From positions 5,535,876 through 5,599,875 of the forward strand of contig NW_003314262.1 in NCBI RefSeq assembly GCF_000143415.4: 64,000 nucleotides of DNA, in the 5' to 3' direction. Within the stretch, counting starts at the first letter, position 1, and every line of letters starts with the position of its first letter. Under the pieces are notes generated by a model. The model did no database searches. It saw only the letters and a program-made list of their open reading frames with translations, and was not told where the DNA came from. Source of the stretch: Selaginella moellendorffii. Its lineage: Eukaryota; Plantae; Lycopodiophyta. Positions 1 through 15,890 of this stretch are shown here, piece by piece. Made by a program: the position numbers and the translations under genes.

Positions 1-800
1 AACCACCCCTGCCTTGATCATCCGGTCAAAGAACTCGAGCGAGAGCTCTTTCTCCCCAACATCCGAAAATCCTCGGACCATCGCGTTCCAGGATCCTTGA
101 GTCGGCTCGGCCAGCTTCTCGAAGATCTTCCGAGCTTCCACCATTGCACCAAACTTGGAGTAGAGCGCAATGAGAGTTTTCGCGACTTCGACGTGCCTGG
201 CTTCCCTGGTTCTCGAAAGCTCGAGGTGGATTTTCTGGACTTGATCCACACTGCTACATCCTTTCAGTGCGTAGCGGTGTTGCCTGATACGCGCAGGATC
301 ATACTCACTGTCGGCCTGTTCTTGCGTGTTCTTTTCGACGCTCTGGCAGCTCTCAATCTCCTCGTCACTCTTGTACCTGGCTCTCAAGCTCTTACGAGCG
401 TCCGAAGTGGCAGGCCTGATCATTTTGAGCTCCTGTGGAAGCCATGGCGGACTGAAGAACGACGTGATCCACAGGCAATCCTTCGTTTTCGCGTGAACAA
501 AATCCGGCTCCTTGGGATCGCTCTGCAAGCCAAACAAACGATCTCACTTTCAGGGAAAAAAAGAATGAACTCTTTCACGAAAACATCGAAGAGAGAAACT
601 TTCACGATGGACAAAGAAAAAAAACTCTCGCAGATGGCTATCCAAAGAGGGGGAAAGAAACCCACCTTGATTTTTCTATGATCCCACCAGGCCGAGGGAT
701 TTTGAAAGAACTCGTTCCATTTGCACTCCTCGACCTTGACCAATCCTCTCGCATTCTCTTGAGAGTGCGTTCGAAACGAGAATTTCCTGAACGCCCTCAT
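1..800 (-). CDS. PLS-class PPR protein with N-terminal OSB/PTAC9-type PDF motif (3' end runs off the window)
   Basis: Exon1 800-666, GT-AG intron 665-523, exon2 522 to window edge, open. The splice joins WNEFFQNPSAWWDHRKIK|SDPKEPDFVHAKTKDCLWI..PPWL (PDF motif). PPR-like motifs follow: IHLEL..VAKTLIALYSKFGAMVEARKIFEKL..SWNAMVRGFSDVGEKELSLEFFDRM. The N-terminus MRAFRKFSFRTHS resembles a transit peptide. Confidence 0.8.
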
Positions 801-949
801 TCGATCTGCTGCATTCTACGCGAGGATCGCACCAATCACAAACCTGGCGACGATCGCCTTCCCTCACAGCGATCGCGAGATCTTTCCCTCCCCAATGGGG
901 TTTTAGGGTTTATGCCAAGCAAAATATTTCCTTTCTAGGGTTCTTCCGG
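801..949. promoter_or_regulatory. Putative bidirectional promoter with telo-box-like motifs
   Basis: Only 149 bp between divergent ATGs (800 minus, 950 plus); TAGGGTT(T) at ~904 and ~936. Confidence 0.5.
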
Positions 950-2245
950 ATGCCGGGCTACGATGTCCGGATTGCGCCGGTGTGCGCGAGCGCAGTGCGA
1001 ATGCCGCTTGCTAATTCCAATGGCAAGGCGTCTGCTACTCCCAGCGCGGAGAGGAAATCGGTTGTGGAGCTGCCGCGCCATGTCCAGCACGTTTCTAGCC
1101 TGTCGAATCCCTATGTGAAGCATCTGGTGAAAATGCGGGAGAGTTCTTCGTATCGCGAGGCCACTGAATCGGTGCTGGTAGTCGGCTCCAATCTCTTGCA
1201 GTAAGCAATCGCTCTGTTTGTTTGAAGATTGGATGGAGTTTTCCTTTCTTTTGCTCTTCGAGTGTGTTTTTCTGCGTGTTTGTGTGTTTGTTGTTTCTTT
1301 CTTTGATTGAATCATGTGTGTTCTTCGAGTGCGTGTTCTGAATCTTCTCGTTTCTTTCTTTGCATTGAAGGGAGCTCTGTGAATTTGCAGTGACAAACAA
1401 CACAGAAGCAGCGTTTGAGCTGGAGATGCTACTCGTAGTGGAAGAAAGAGACTTCCCTCAAGAGCTCTCTACGTTCTCGCAACGCACGGTGTTCTTAACT
1501 GCGTCGGTCATGCAGAAGCTGGCGGGGCTCAAGTCTTCCGAGTCAGTGGACGCCATCGGTGTGGTGAAGCTACCATCTTCTTTTCAAAAGCTGAGCCCGG
1601 ATGAAAGCTTGGCATCCGCAGGAGCAACTCTCGAGAAATGGTGTCCAAATCCTCACAGGCTTCTGATCCTCGACGGAATCCAGGTAGAAGTTCCTTTGTC
1701 TAAAGGTTCGTATGCATTGTGAAATAACTACTTTTTCCACAGGATCCTGGGAACCTTGGCACGCTCTTGCGCACAGCTACAGCGTTTGCTTGGGTAAAGA
1801 GCTCTAGAATTCACGAGTCGAGCTAAAACTTGTTCTTTTCCAGGATGGTGTGTTTTTGCTGCCCGGTTGCTGCGATCCTTTCAACGACAAGACCCTGCGA
1901 GCATCACGAGCTGCCAACTTCCGGATGCCAATCGCGGCTGGAACCTGGCCACAGATTCAAGCCTTCGGCAAAGCCAACGCCATGAAATTCTACGCCGGCA
2001 TCCCGGAGCAAGTTCACTCCTCTCGGCTCCACTCCAAGAAAAACTCCCCGGAGGCACTGATAGAGAAGATCAAGAGTGTGAAATCGCTGTGCCTGGTCCT
2101 GGGCAGCGAAGGCCAAGGTCTCTCGGATCCAGCGCGGCGGGGCTCGCAACACCTCACAGTTCCAATGCCCGGCAAATTCGAGTCGCTAAACGTGGCAGTG
2201 GTGGGAGGCATACTGATGTTCCTCCTTATGAACAAGAACATCTAG
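950..2245 (+). CDS. SpoU/TrmH-family (SPOUT) RNA 2'-O-methyltransferase, probably organellar
   Basis: Exons 950-1200, 1371-1683, 1743-1793, 1844-2245 with GT-AG introns. Motifs LDGIQDPGNLGTLLRTA, VLGSEGQGLS, ESLNVAVVGGILMF. Confidence 0.9.
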
Positions 2246-2269
2246 AACAACAAGGCAAGCTGCGAGGTA

Positions 2270-2505
2270 ACCAGGTTCATGAAATCAATCCGTAGTAACC
2301 ATGTCCCTTTCTTCCAGGACGGTTTTTTCATTGTCCGCAAAGTAACTTGAAGATTTACAAGCTCTCTAGTAGCACTGGATGTAGACTTTAAAGTAGAAAA
2401 CGTCGGTTCTTCCTCCCGAAAACAGAGCTGATCATAAGTTTCTTCCACCAGGATTGCCACGACAAATATCGAGACTATCAAAACTGAAACACTTGACACT
2501 GATGT
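2270..2505 (-). pseudogene. Internally deleted relic of a MiAMP1-like tandem duplicate
   Basis: 2270-2400 resembles 2690-2815 (ends ..YIQCY-TAG). 2425-2505 resembles the upstream region 3225-3305. Confidence 0.6.
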
Positions 2506-3113
2506 TTCCAGAGAGCATCTGTCTTGGAAATGCCAGGAACCTTAGTTGATTTCCAAGGTAAGATCGGAGAATGGACAAGAAACTTCTGACTACCATTTAT
2601 ACAACTATGTCTTCTTATCTGGACTCTGTACGTTATCAGTACTGCAATTGCTACTAGGTAGTGGTGGAAATCGAAAAACAAAAATAACTTTGGGTTCATG
2701 AAATCAAACTGTAGTAACCATGTCTCTTTTCTTTTCCAGGTCGATTTATTCATTGTTAGCAAGTAGCAAGAAGATCTACAAGCTGTCCAGCACTGGAAGA
2801 AGATGCTTTGAAACTGGAAAACCTGGTTGCAGGAATACATTGTGGTAGCTTGACGAATGGTGGAAATAGTAGTAGAAACTTCATCCTGGCAGAATGGCTG
2901 GTTATATGTTCTAATGGGCTGCCCCTCGTACACAAACTTAAAGCCACCATGGTAGGAGGGATGAATGTTTAAGCATCCACAGACACTGTAGTGCTGCATG
3001 TCATTGTGGCAGCCAGGCCCAAAATAGACGTCAAAGTAGCTCGCCTTGGCAAGAAAGAAAGAGATGAGTACCAAAACCATGACAAACATTGTAAATGATC
3101 TTGCTGCCACCAT
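2478..3113 (-). CDS. MiAMP1-family antimicrobial peptide with signal peptide; ORF extends past the usual C-terminal QC
   Basis: Signal peptide, then SYFDVYFGPGCHN..YSVCGCLNI..HGGFKFVYEGQ..YNQPFC..SCN..FQSIFFQC; six-Cys pattern matches MiAMP1. Confidence 0.85.
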   Translation of the reverse strand: MVAARSFTMFVMVLVLISFFLAKASYFDVYFGPGCHNDMQHYSVCGCLNIHPSYHGGFKFVYEGQPIRTYNQPFCQDEVSTTISTIRQATTMYSCNQVFQFQSIFFQCWTACRSSCYLLTMNKSTWKRKETWLLQFDFMNPKLFLFFDFHHYLVAIAVLITYRVQIRRHSCINGSQKFLVHSPILPWKSTKVPGISKTDALWKHQCQVFQF

Positions 3114-3332
3114 TGTATTGTTGAAGTACGAATGGACGAAAGCTATTACCTTATATTTCTATGAGATCACTGATCCATCCAAGGAAAGCTACAAATACGA
3201 CACAGATTTTTTAACCCAAACCCAGCTCATGATGATAAGTTTCTTCATCGGGATTGCCACGAAAACAAGTCTCGAGACGATCGAAACCGAGACACTTGAC
3301 ACCAATCTCCCTCACAAGATCATCGTCATGGC

Positions 3333-4038
3333 TCAACACAAAGTGAGCCATTCTCTCGTCCCCGAGCTCAAGCACTCGGGTAAGTCGATCCGCAGCTTAT
3401 AGCATGATTCCAACTCCTGCTCCTCGGCGGCCATCTCCCGTTCGCTCGCGACGTAGAGGCAAACGTAAGCCACCGAGACCAGCTCCGTCATCAAGCCTTC
3501 CATCCCGTCTACAAGGCTGCCGCGCGAGGCACACACCAAGTCCAGAGCTCTAGCTCCTCGCATCCGAGGAACCGCTTCCACCGCAACACCGAGATCAAAC
3601 AAGTAGAAGCGGTGGCCTTCGGTGCGATGCGATGTGTAGATCCCGATGTTATGGGGCTGGAAGTAGTCATGGTCCTGCACAGCACAGTTCATCAACACCA
3701 TAGCCGAAAGTCGCACAAGTTTACGTAAAGCTCAAACACAGCGTACGTCTAGTCCCTGCACAGCCACTGCGCGTCCAGCGCGGAGATTGGGCGAGAGGCA
3801 ATCCATCCAGCGTTGAAAGTAGTGCCGGCTTCCTGTTCCAGACGCCGGAGTAAACCAGCGACGGGAACAACGGGCAGGCTTTCAAAGATCGTAGCACTTG
3901 CGCTTCTCTTTCGACCTGCAAGAGCACCGTGTGTTAGCCGAGCCATCAGCACGCTGTGATCTTCACGACCTGGTGCCAGGACCTGGAATCGACGCAGAGC
4001 TCCCGGATACACTCTTTTGTTCCGATCTTCATGATCAT
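3333..4038 (-). CDS. Divergent protein-kinase-like gene or pseudogene
   Basis: Kinase-like motifs in order across putative exons: IMKIG, EREAQVLRSL, HDYFQPHNI, FYLFDLG, ASRGSL..ELVSVAYVCL. Exon phase not verified. Confidence 0.4.
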
Positions 4039-4449
4039 CTCTCGATCATGGCGAGCGGTGGTAGTGAGCTTTGTACACCTGGTTGGCTTGTGAGAAACTG
4101 AGTTGAGTTACGGGTACTACTTGTAGATACTTCACGTACCAGTGATTTGAATTGAATAGTCGACGAGTGAAGGAACACCAGCTCCTAGCGACGACAGCAG
4201 TGAGGAGATCAAGAGAATCGAGAGAAGCTTACCACTCCCTTGAAAACAAGTGGTGAGTTTGCTTTCAAATCAAACACCCAGCAGGAAAGAAAGAAATTGG
4301 AGTGTTATTCTTCCTGTGCAAATGCATCTCATCCAGAATTTTGCTTCTGGACTCTGGAGAATCCATGGCTTGAGAAGTTCTCCAACAGTGGAAGCGAATG
4401 AGGCAAATTGGTTTCTTCCTCCTGGAGCATTATGGGTCTGGCAGCAGGG

Positions 4450-5403
4450 TTAGTTCTCAGCGCTGCCACCACGCTCTGGCTCCCGTTGGCTCCAGCCCAC
4501 CTCCGTAGGTACGTCCTTCTTGACTCTCAAAGCCTTTGTCCTTTCACTCACGTCTTCATGGTTCTCCACAGTGGGATAACAGTGGAATAGCCCGCATCGC
4601 CAAAGGCCAAGCCACCGGGAACGTCTCTCTCTTCCGGATTGACGTAAGCTTCTTCTTCTCTCGCAGAACCAGATGCTCTTCCTCCAAGAGAGTGCACTGA
4701 CACTTCCGGTTCCCTCATCGTCTACGCCCTGGTGGAGCTCATCATGATCAGCATGATGATTCAAGGCGGTGATCCCGCTCACGTTGATGTGGCTTCATCA
4801 TCCTCTCGGAGCCGCACTCGACCACCAGCATCCTCCAGAACGATGCCACCGGCACTCTTCTCACTGTGGCTGTGCAAATCCTCATCAGCACCCTGCCCTC
4901 GGCAAAGCTCTCGCTGGATTCCATCGTCGCCATCAACATCCTCATCTCCACACACGGTCCCGAAGGTGAAAGGAGCACTGACGCCGAGCAACGAGCTCTA
5001 AAGTCTCAACCTTTGAAGATCACTTTTCCGTAAGTTTGTTTCTCGTCCTTCCCGTGATCACGTCCCTCGTTTTGTCTCTTAAAGAAGTCTGTTGCCTTGA
5101 GGGGATATCAACCATCCTGCTTGTCCTCTGGCACTGCGTTGATTTCTTCCTCGCCAACAGGCAGTCCTTTTTGCCTGTGTTTTGTCTTTGACTTTCGTCA
5201 TTTACCAGCAGGGGAAAGTCAAGAACGCACCTCGGCCTTTCACCGTGTTGTCTGCTGGCACGCATTGCAGAGACACCACCTTGTAAGGCAAGTCTTTCGG
5301 GTACTGTTTCGTGTGTGCTCTTAAGTTATGAAAAATGAAAAACAAAAGACCCAAGTATTAAGTCGTCTGTTCTATTAGAAAAGAGTAAACCTTTTCCAAT
5401 ACT
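4450..5403 (+). pseudogene. Inverted partial copy of the HD-Zip IV 3' exons, introns and 3'UTR
   Basis: Matches the reverse complement of ~21120-22260 ([37 protein letters not shown]) with introns retained and many frameshifting deletions. Confidence 0.9.
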
Positions 5404-5424
5404 CCAAGCTCAGGCCGAGTCGAG

Positions 5425-5665
5425 CTGTGACAAGAATTGAGATTTTTGTGTTCAAGTTGCTCTTCTGCTAGACGATTTTCCTGACGTGAGTTAGACTCAC
5501 TGTAGGTGAATCCAACCACAACTCTCGCCTGAACAAGCTGGTAAAAATTTTAAATCCTTGTCAAGATTGATTTTCAAAGATCTAGGAATCGAGCCTTACG
5601 CAACGCTCTAGCATAGGGATCTTCCTGCTCTGGTAGAACAGTGGCATAACATTAAGTATCTAGCT
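5425..5665 (+). pseudogene. GH1 beta-glucosidase fragment
   Basis: gaatcgagccttacgcaacgctctagcatagggatcttcc is a degenerate [14 protein letters not shown]; inverted match to 12700-12950. Confidence 0.7.
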
Positions 5666-5949
5666 TAACTCTTCTCGACCAAGTTTGAGATTGACATGGA
5701 AGTATCTGGACGATGATTCAGGGAGAAAACTGTCATCTCCCGCAGGAAAAATTCCAAGTTCATCAAACTTTTGTGGTTGCTATAATGCTTTAAACCATTT
5801 GGTTTTTCAAGGTGGGATTCAGTGCTCACGTTGGACTCGGTGGAGGATGCTGCTGCTGCGAAAAGGAGACTCGACTATAAACTTGGCATAAACAAGGTTC
5901 TTGGTAAACTCAAGATCTACTTTTGGTCCGGTATGTACGCTTTTTCTTA

Positions 5950-6435
5950 AAGTTCTTGGAGCATGGTGTGCAATGGTTGACCTGGAAGCCAAGAAGTACA
6001 ATCTCAAAGAAGATTCGAGCAACGCAGTCATGCCACAAATTTCCATCTCAGAGAACGGTAAGCCACAGCTCTTGCGATCCCAACGTTTTCTTCGAAAGGC
6101 CAAAGCCAAAGAGGTGGCGGACGCAGCTCCTCTGAATCTTCCATGACTGCGAACACGTATCTTCGACGAGCAAAGCACGACACTCACCCCGCTGCCACCA
6201 CGAGTTAAAATCGAAAAGGCTACTTTCCGTGGTGGTTCTTAATTTCGAGTGGGCAATCGCGTTGAAATAGTCTACCCTTGCTTGAGCTCGTTCCAATGGA
6301 ATGGGTGATTAGTTTAGTAGTTTGCAAGTCTCATGATGCTTTGGTTTAAAGCTAATATAATCAAGTACGTCAACGCTGCCCTTAATGCTCCACGGAGGTC
6401 TTTGCTTCCACTGGATTCTCCATGAAGCAAAAATT
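5950..6435. repeat. Local low-copy repeat of unidentified origin
   Basis: Pieces recur at 12270-12580 (partly inverted), 19005-19325 (inverted) and 4335-4445 (inverted). Confidence 0.75.
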
Positions 6436-6729
6436 TAAATCTTAGAGTTTATTCTTTTAGGGTTCTTCCACGTCAGCCGTTAGATCGGCGGTCCATTCAT
6501 ACGTACTAGTGGTCGCGAAAGGATTTCTGGAGCTTCGATCCGAGGAGAATCGCCCTCGTCCTAGCTCTGACCAGGAATCGCTGTCCGCCGACAGTTTGGG
6601 TTAGAATTCGAGTTAGAAGAGGTCGCATTTGACTGGTCGATTTTGAGCGGCTTCTTGGCAAAGAAGAAAAAGGGGGGGAGGGGGGGAAGGCAGCGAGGAC
6701 GAAGGTCGGGGAGGAAAGAATCAAGAGAG

Positions 6730-9045
<2,316 letters not shown>

Positions 9046-9151
9046 AAAGTAGGAAAAGAGAGAAAAAAATATAACTGTTTTTTGATCACATTGATCTTTA
9101 TCAGTTCATCAAAGGAAAGAGAAAAAAAGTTTTCTCTTGATCCATGTTTGC

Positions 9152-9509
9152 TTACTCTGCTGCCGCTCTCGAGCCCAGCCCTGGAATGTCCTCGAAAAGT
9201 TTCTAAGCACAGAGAGACCAATTCAGCAAAAAGAAAAAGAAGCAAAAGGGAGGAAGAGATCTTAGCTCGTTACCCCGCGGTTGTGGCTGATCCACCAGCT
9301 ATCGAAGATCTTGTTTGTGTACTGCCATCAAGAGAGAAAAAAACCCCATTCAGCCTACAGGAAGGGAAGAAGGAAGAAACCCATGGCTTTCTACTTACGT
9401 GCTCGCCGATAATGCCGCCCACGAGAACAAAGGAGAGGTAGACTGAGTTGCGCCGCCCGATGGCGCGCATGAATCTGTCCCGGAAACCGGGAGCCTGGAC
9501 TGCCGGCAT
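9152..9509 (-). CDS. QCR9: Cytochrome b-c1 complex subunit 9
   Basis: Exons 9509-9399, 9321-9274, 9202-9152 give ..RRNSVYLSFVLVGGIIGEH|YTNKIFDSWWISHNRG|KLFEDIPGLGSRAAAE*. Confidence 0.9.
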
Positions 9510-9822
9510 CGCCTTCGATCCTCTCCCTTCCTCGCAAGAAATTAGGGCTCTTCACACTCTAGGTCTAGTGATCGATTCCAAAGCATGTACATCTTAGGGC
9601 TAGTCAAATCTGGTCAGCATATAGCTAGTTGTCCAGTCATCTCTCTCACACAAAGCGCACAAGTAAAAATTTTCATGTATTGTTTAGTTCCTTTTCAAGA
9701 GCACAAGTAAAAACTTTTGGATTGTTTAGTTTGTAAATCTTTGTTACACTACATTTGTTTTAGCTTTCTTACCTTGTATATCATTGTATTGGATGACATC
9801 CATGGTGTAAAATTGTCTAAGA

Positions 9823-12099
<2,277 letters not shown>

Positions 12100-12224
12100 C
12101 GAATCGAAGCGATGACCAGCCAAGCGCGCGCTCGATCACGCGCGCATTGCCCCTGAGCAAGAGCGCTCACTTATATTCGATTCGGCGAATCGAGCCGATT
12201 ATATTAATATCTCTTATTAACCGC

Positions 12225-12995
12225 GGAATCCTCCATGACTGTAACATTTGTCTCATCCTATCTTATATTCAATGGTTCTTAATCTCGGAGTGGGCAATCG
12301 CGTTGAAATAGTCTATCCTTGCTTGAGCTCGTTCCAATGGAATGGGTGAATAGTTTAGCTCGCCACGCAAAGTAGACTTTTCGATTTTAACTCGTGGTGG
12401 CAGCGGGGTAAGTAAGATAAGATAAGTGTTCACAGTCATGGAGGATTCAGGAGTTGCGTATGGGGTACCTGGTGATTCTAGAAAGAAGACCGCCGCCTCT
12501 TTGGCTTTGGCCTTTGGAAGAAAACGTTGGGATCGCAAGAGCCGTGGCTTACCATTCTCTGAGATGGAAATTTCTGGCGTGCTTTGATGTCTTGCGGGAT
12601 GTTCTCTGGAGCAAAGGGTGGCGCTGTGTTGCTCGAGTGCCCTCTTCTTTGAGTCCTAAAGTTGGGAGCTCCTGAATCATTTATGTCCAACCTTAGCGAG
12701 ATAATTAATGTTATGCTGCTGTTCAACCAGAGCAGGAAGATCCCAATGCTAGAGCATTACATAAGGCTTGATTCCTAGATCAAGGAAGTTCTTTCTCTTG
12801 AAAATCAATATTGATAAGGATTTAAGGTTTTCACCAGCTTGTTCAAGTAACAGTTGTAATTGGATCGACTCAATCGCCTACAGTGAGTTTAGCTCACAAG
12901 GAAAATTCTATGAGAGCAACTTGAACAAGAAAATCTCAATTCTTGTCAAAGTTCAACTCACATGGAAAATCTGCAGCCATCCATATTCATGGACT
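12225..12995. pseudogene. Mosaic of the unidentified repeat (12225-12580) and a minus-strand GH1 fragment (12700-12995)
   Basis: Similar to 6030-6320 and 19155-19325, and to GH1-B 11240-11410. Confidence 0.7.
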
Positions 12996-13049
12996 TCACG
13001 TGGGGAAATGAGCAACATTTTCCACAATAGAGAAATAGATTGATTGACT

Positions 13050-15280
13050 GTGACATTAAATTAAGATGTTAACATATTTAAAGTTAAATAATATTTATTA
13101 TATATCCTTCCTTATATATAAATTGTTTTGATTGACTTTGTTTTTTCCTTTTGTGTTTTAATTTGCTATAGTTCTTTTTTCATCCATACCTACATTTTAA
13201 CAATAGGGGATATAGTTAAAAATTGTCTTGACACTTTAACTTTCAAGTTTTTAAATTCGAGATTTAAACGATTTTAAATGGAAGATTGAAGCTAAAAAAG
13301 AAAATACATGAATATTAAAAGAGATGATCATTTTTAATTACACAAAACACTTGGATAATGTAAAGTATAAAAAGGGTGGATCTATAAAAAAATTTAAGAG
13401 GAAAGATAATAAGGGAAATGAATTTAACAATATTGTTATGAGAATAAGTGTTATTAGAATTATCTCTAATGCAAGAAGGAATGAGAGAATATAAGAAATG
13501 TTTATCTCAACATTCAAAAATGGGATATTTGAAATAAACAATTAAACTATTGGAACATATTAAATAATAAACACATTACATCACATTGTGATTTATAATA
13601 AGAGTTTTATAAGAAAATATATCAACACATTTTAGAAAATAGAAACAAATTTAGGTAGTCTTATTTATAACATATCAATACAAAGATTTATTGATTAGAA
13701 TGAAAATGATACACTATTTATTGAACCCTCGCAACCAGCTAAGCCCTCACAATTAACAAAGTTTTTGCAATTTGAAGGTATACAATTTATATTTGCTTAA
13801 TAGTTCACATTTTTATTGCATTATAGATTTAAATTTAATTTTGAAAATAATAAAGGTAAGAAAACCAAAAGTGATAGAGGGCACTAAAAAATGCTAAAAA
13901 GATGGTCAAGATAGAATAAACTTAAGAAGTCCAAATAAAACTTATATATAATTTCTATAAGGTTAAGTAGCAAATAGTTATTAATACTTTTTATTCAAAA
14001 TCACAATGGATATGAAATACTTGAGTAGTAATCTAAAAGATATCAGGGAATAGTTTGTTCATAAAAAAAAAAATTATTTGAGGTGAACTAAAAAAAGAAT
14101 ATAATTTTTTTATTGGTGCAAATTCAATATATAATCTATTATAATTTTTCTAAATCTAGATTTAAAAGTATTTTTAGCAACATTACTTTCTTTAGTGTCA
14201 TAATTTGGCTACTACCATTCCACTCCTCCTACATAATAGTAGAAGTTGTAATGCAATTAAATTCTGTATAAAGATAATCATGATAAAATTATAAGTAACA
14301 AGAAAGAATAACTTAAAAAATTATCCATTAAAGTTTAAATATAAAGAGAAAAGGCATGTATTTTAAGGTCTTGAGTAGTATTGAGTTAGGAAGTTCAAAT
14401 AAAAACTTTATATTCAAAATTTTTTATTCTAAACATACCACATTTAAATAAGTGTGTCATTAATGAGATAAAAAATAGCAAAACTATTCAAAGCTATAAA
14501 GGAGTGTAGCCTTTCATATTATTAAAGTGTGTGTTAAACAATAAATTCAAATACCTCCATGACTATTTAAGATCACTACAAAATCTTCTTCCTTATTATC
14601 ATTTCATTCTTTAAAGTTATTACTTCATCCTATAAGCCACCATCACTTTTAATTGCTCTCGTTGAGTTCTAGAAGGAAAATTTGAATTAGAGTTTTTAAG
14701 GTAAAATTAAAGAGAATTAAAGGCCTTAAAAAAGTCTATAGGTATCATGGTGGTGCTTAAATTTGAGATCTAATCAAGATCCCAATTAAAGACCATAGTT
14801 AGGAAAAATTATAATGGTGAAAAACTAATTTTGGATAAATCTTGTGAATTTGGTGGTGGAAATATCTTGTTCAGTAAGTTATTATTGTAGAGATTACATT
14901 AAATATATTTTTAGAAGCATACTCAAACACTTCTAGAATTTATATAAGTTTCAAGTCCATTTGAGTTTCCTAAAAATAAAATTTTTAGTTTGAATGTAAT
15001 GAAGATTTTAACTCCCTTAAAACACTACCTTGCAAATAAATGAAAATTCTGAACTGAAAATGATGTTAGAGATATTAAGTTTTCCTTTGATTGCACCCTT
15101 GATGTTGCTATGAGTGTTTTTAATTGTCCTCTTGATCACTAGTGGAGCAATTCCATCTGCTTTGAATTTTCTTGGGTGCACTAGTTATAGCACTACCAAA
15201 CCTAAAATCTTTATTTTTTTAAAGCCAATTATCCATTTTAGGTTGACCTGTAAAAGGGTCATATAAAACATTAAAGGCCC
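13050..15280. other. AT-rich, CpG-depleted block, probably decayed transposon DNA
   Basis: Abrupt composition change and no credible ORF; family not recognisable. Confidence 0.4.
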
Positions 15281-15399
15281 CAATCATCTAGGGGTTCTAG
15301 AATGCAAGGTGACCAAACTAAGAAGAGGCTGAACTTCCCTGTAGTCATCCTTGGATGTAAAGACTATATAACAATAATCGAGGACTTAGAAGTGGAGAA

Positions 15400-15890
15400 G
15401 AGCAAGAAGATCCTGGCAATAGCATCACCTCACTGGCATTTTCTTTTATTTTGCTAGAGTGCAAGGGAGAAGTATTGAAATTCGAGAGAACATTCAAGAA
15501 AAAGGGGATATTCTAGAGAGTCAGGTTAAGGACACAAGAATGTAGTGGAGCTTGGCATGAGCCAAAGAGGCAGAACAATGGAGCCCAAAGCAAAGCTGAT
15601 GTGGTGAAGCAGCATATCTAGGTGTGCGAGCAAGCCAGTTGTCAGGTGAGCAGTGGGTGAGTACATTGTGGGCAAAAGTGAATAGATTTTTGGTCAAGAT
15701 CTTGGTGGAGTTGTTTGGAAGAATAGAAATTTTATGTTCCTTCACAGCTCTTGGGGTTTCTAAGTTATGGCTTGGTTTGTCATTGTAATGTTTGGTACAT
15801 TAGCCACAAACCAAGCCAAAACCCTAGGCTCAACACCCCAAGAGCTCAAGAGCTGAGAAGGAAAATAAAACTTGTATTCTTCCAACAACT
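15400..15890. repeat. Diverged direct duplicate of 19735-20235, including a decayed hairpin
   Basis: Shared strings such as ggcattttcttttattt, gagaacattcaagaaaa, attgtgggcaaaagtg, ggctcaacaccccaagag. Confidence 0.85.

Noticed and set aside
97-681. 194-aa plus-strand ORF and many similar long ORFs (e.g. 17222-17707, 29834-30418, 30829-31479, 52954-53439, 56297-56716)
   Set aside because: Antisense or alternate-frame shadows of recognisable GC-rich genes, with no motifs of their own.
4335-6435. Pack-MULE interpretation, since inverted copies at 4335-4445 and 6375-6435 bracket captured fragments
   Set aside because: No TSD found, and each copy is part of a longer block shared with 18720-19325, so they are not discrete TIRs.
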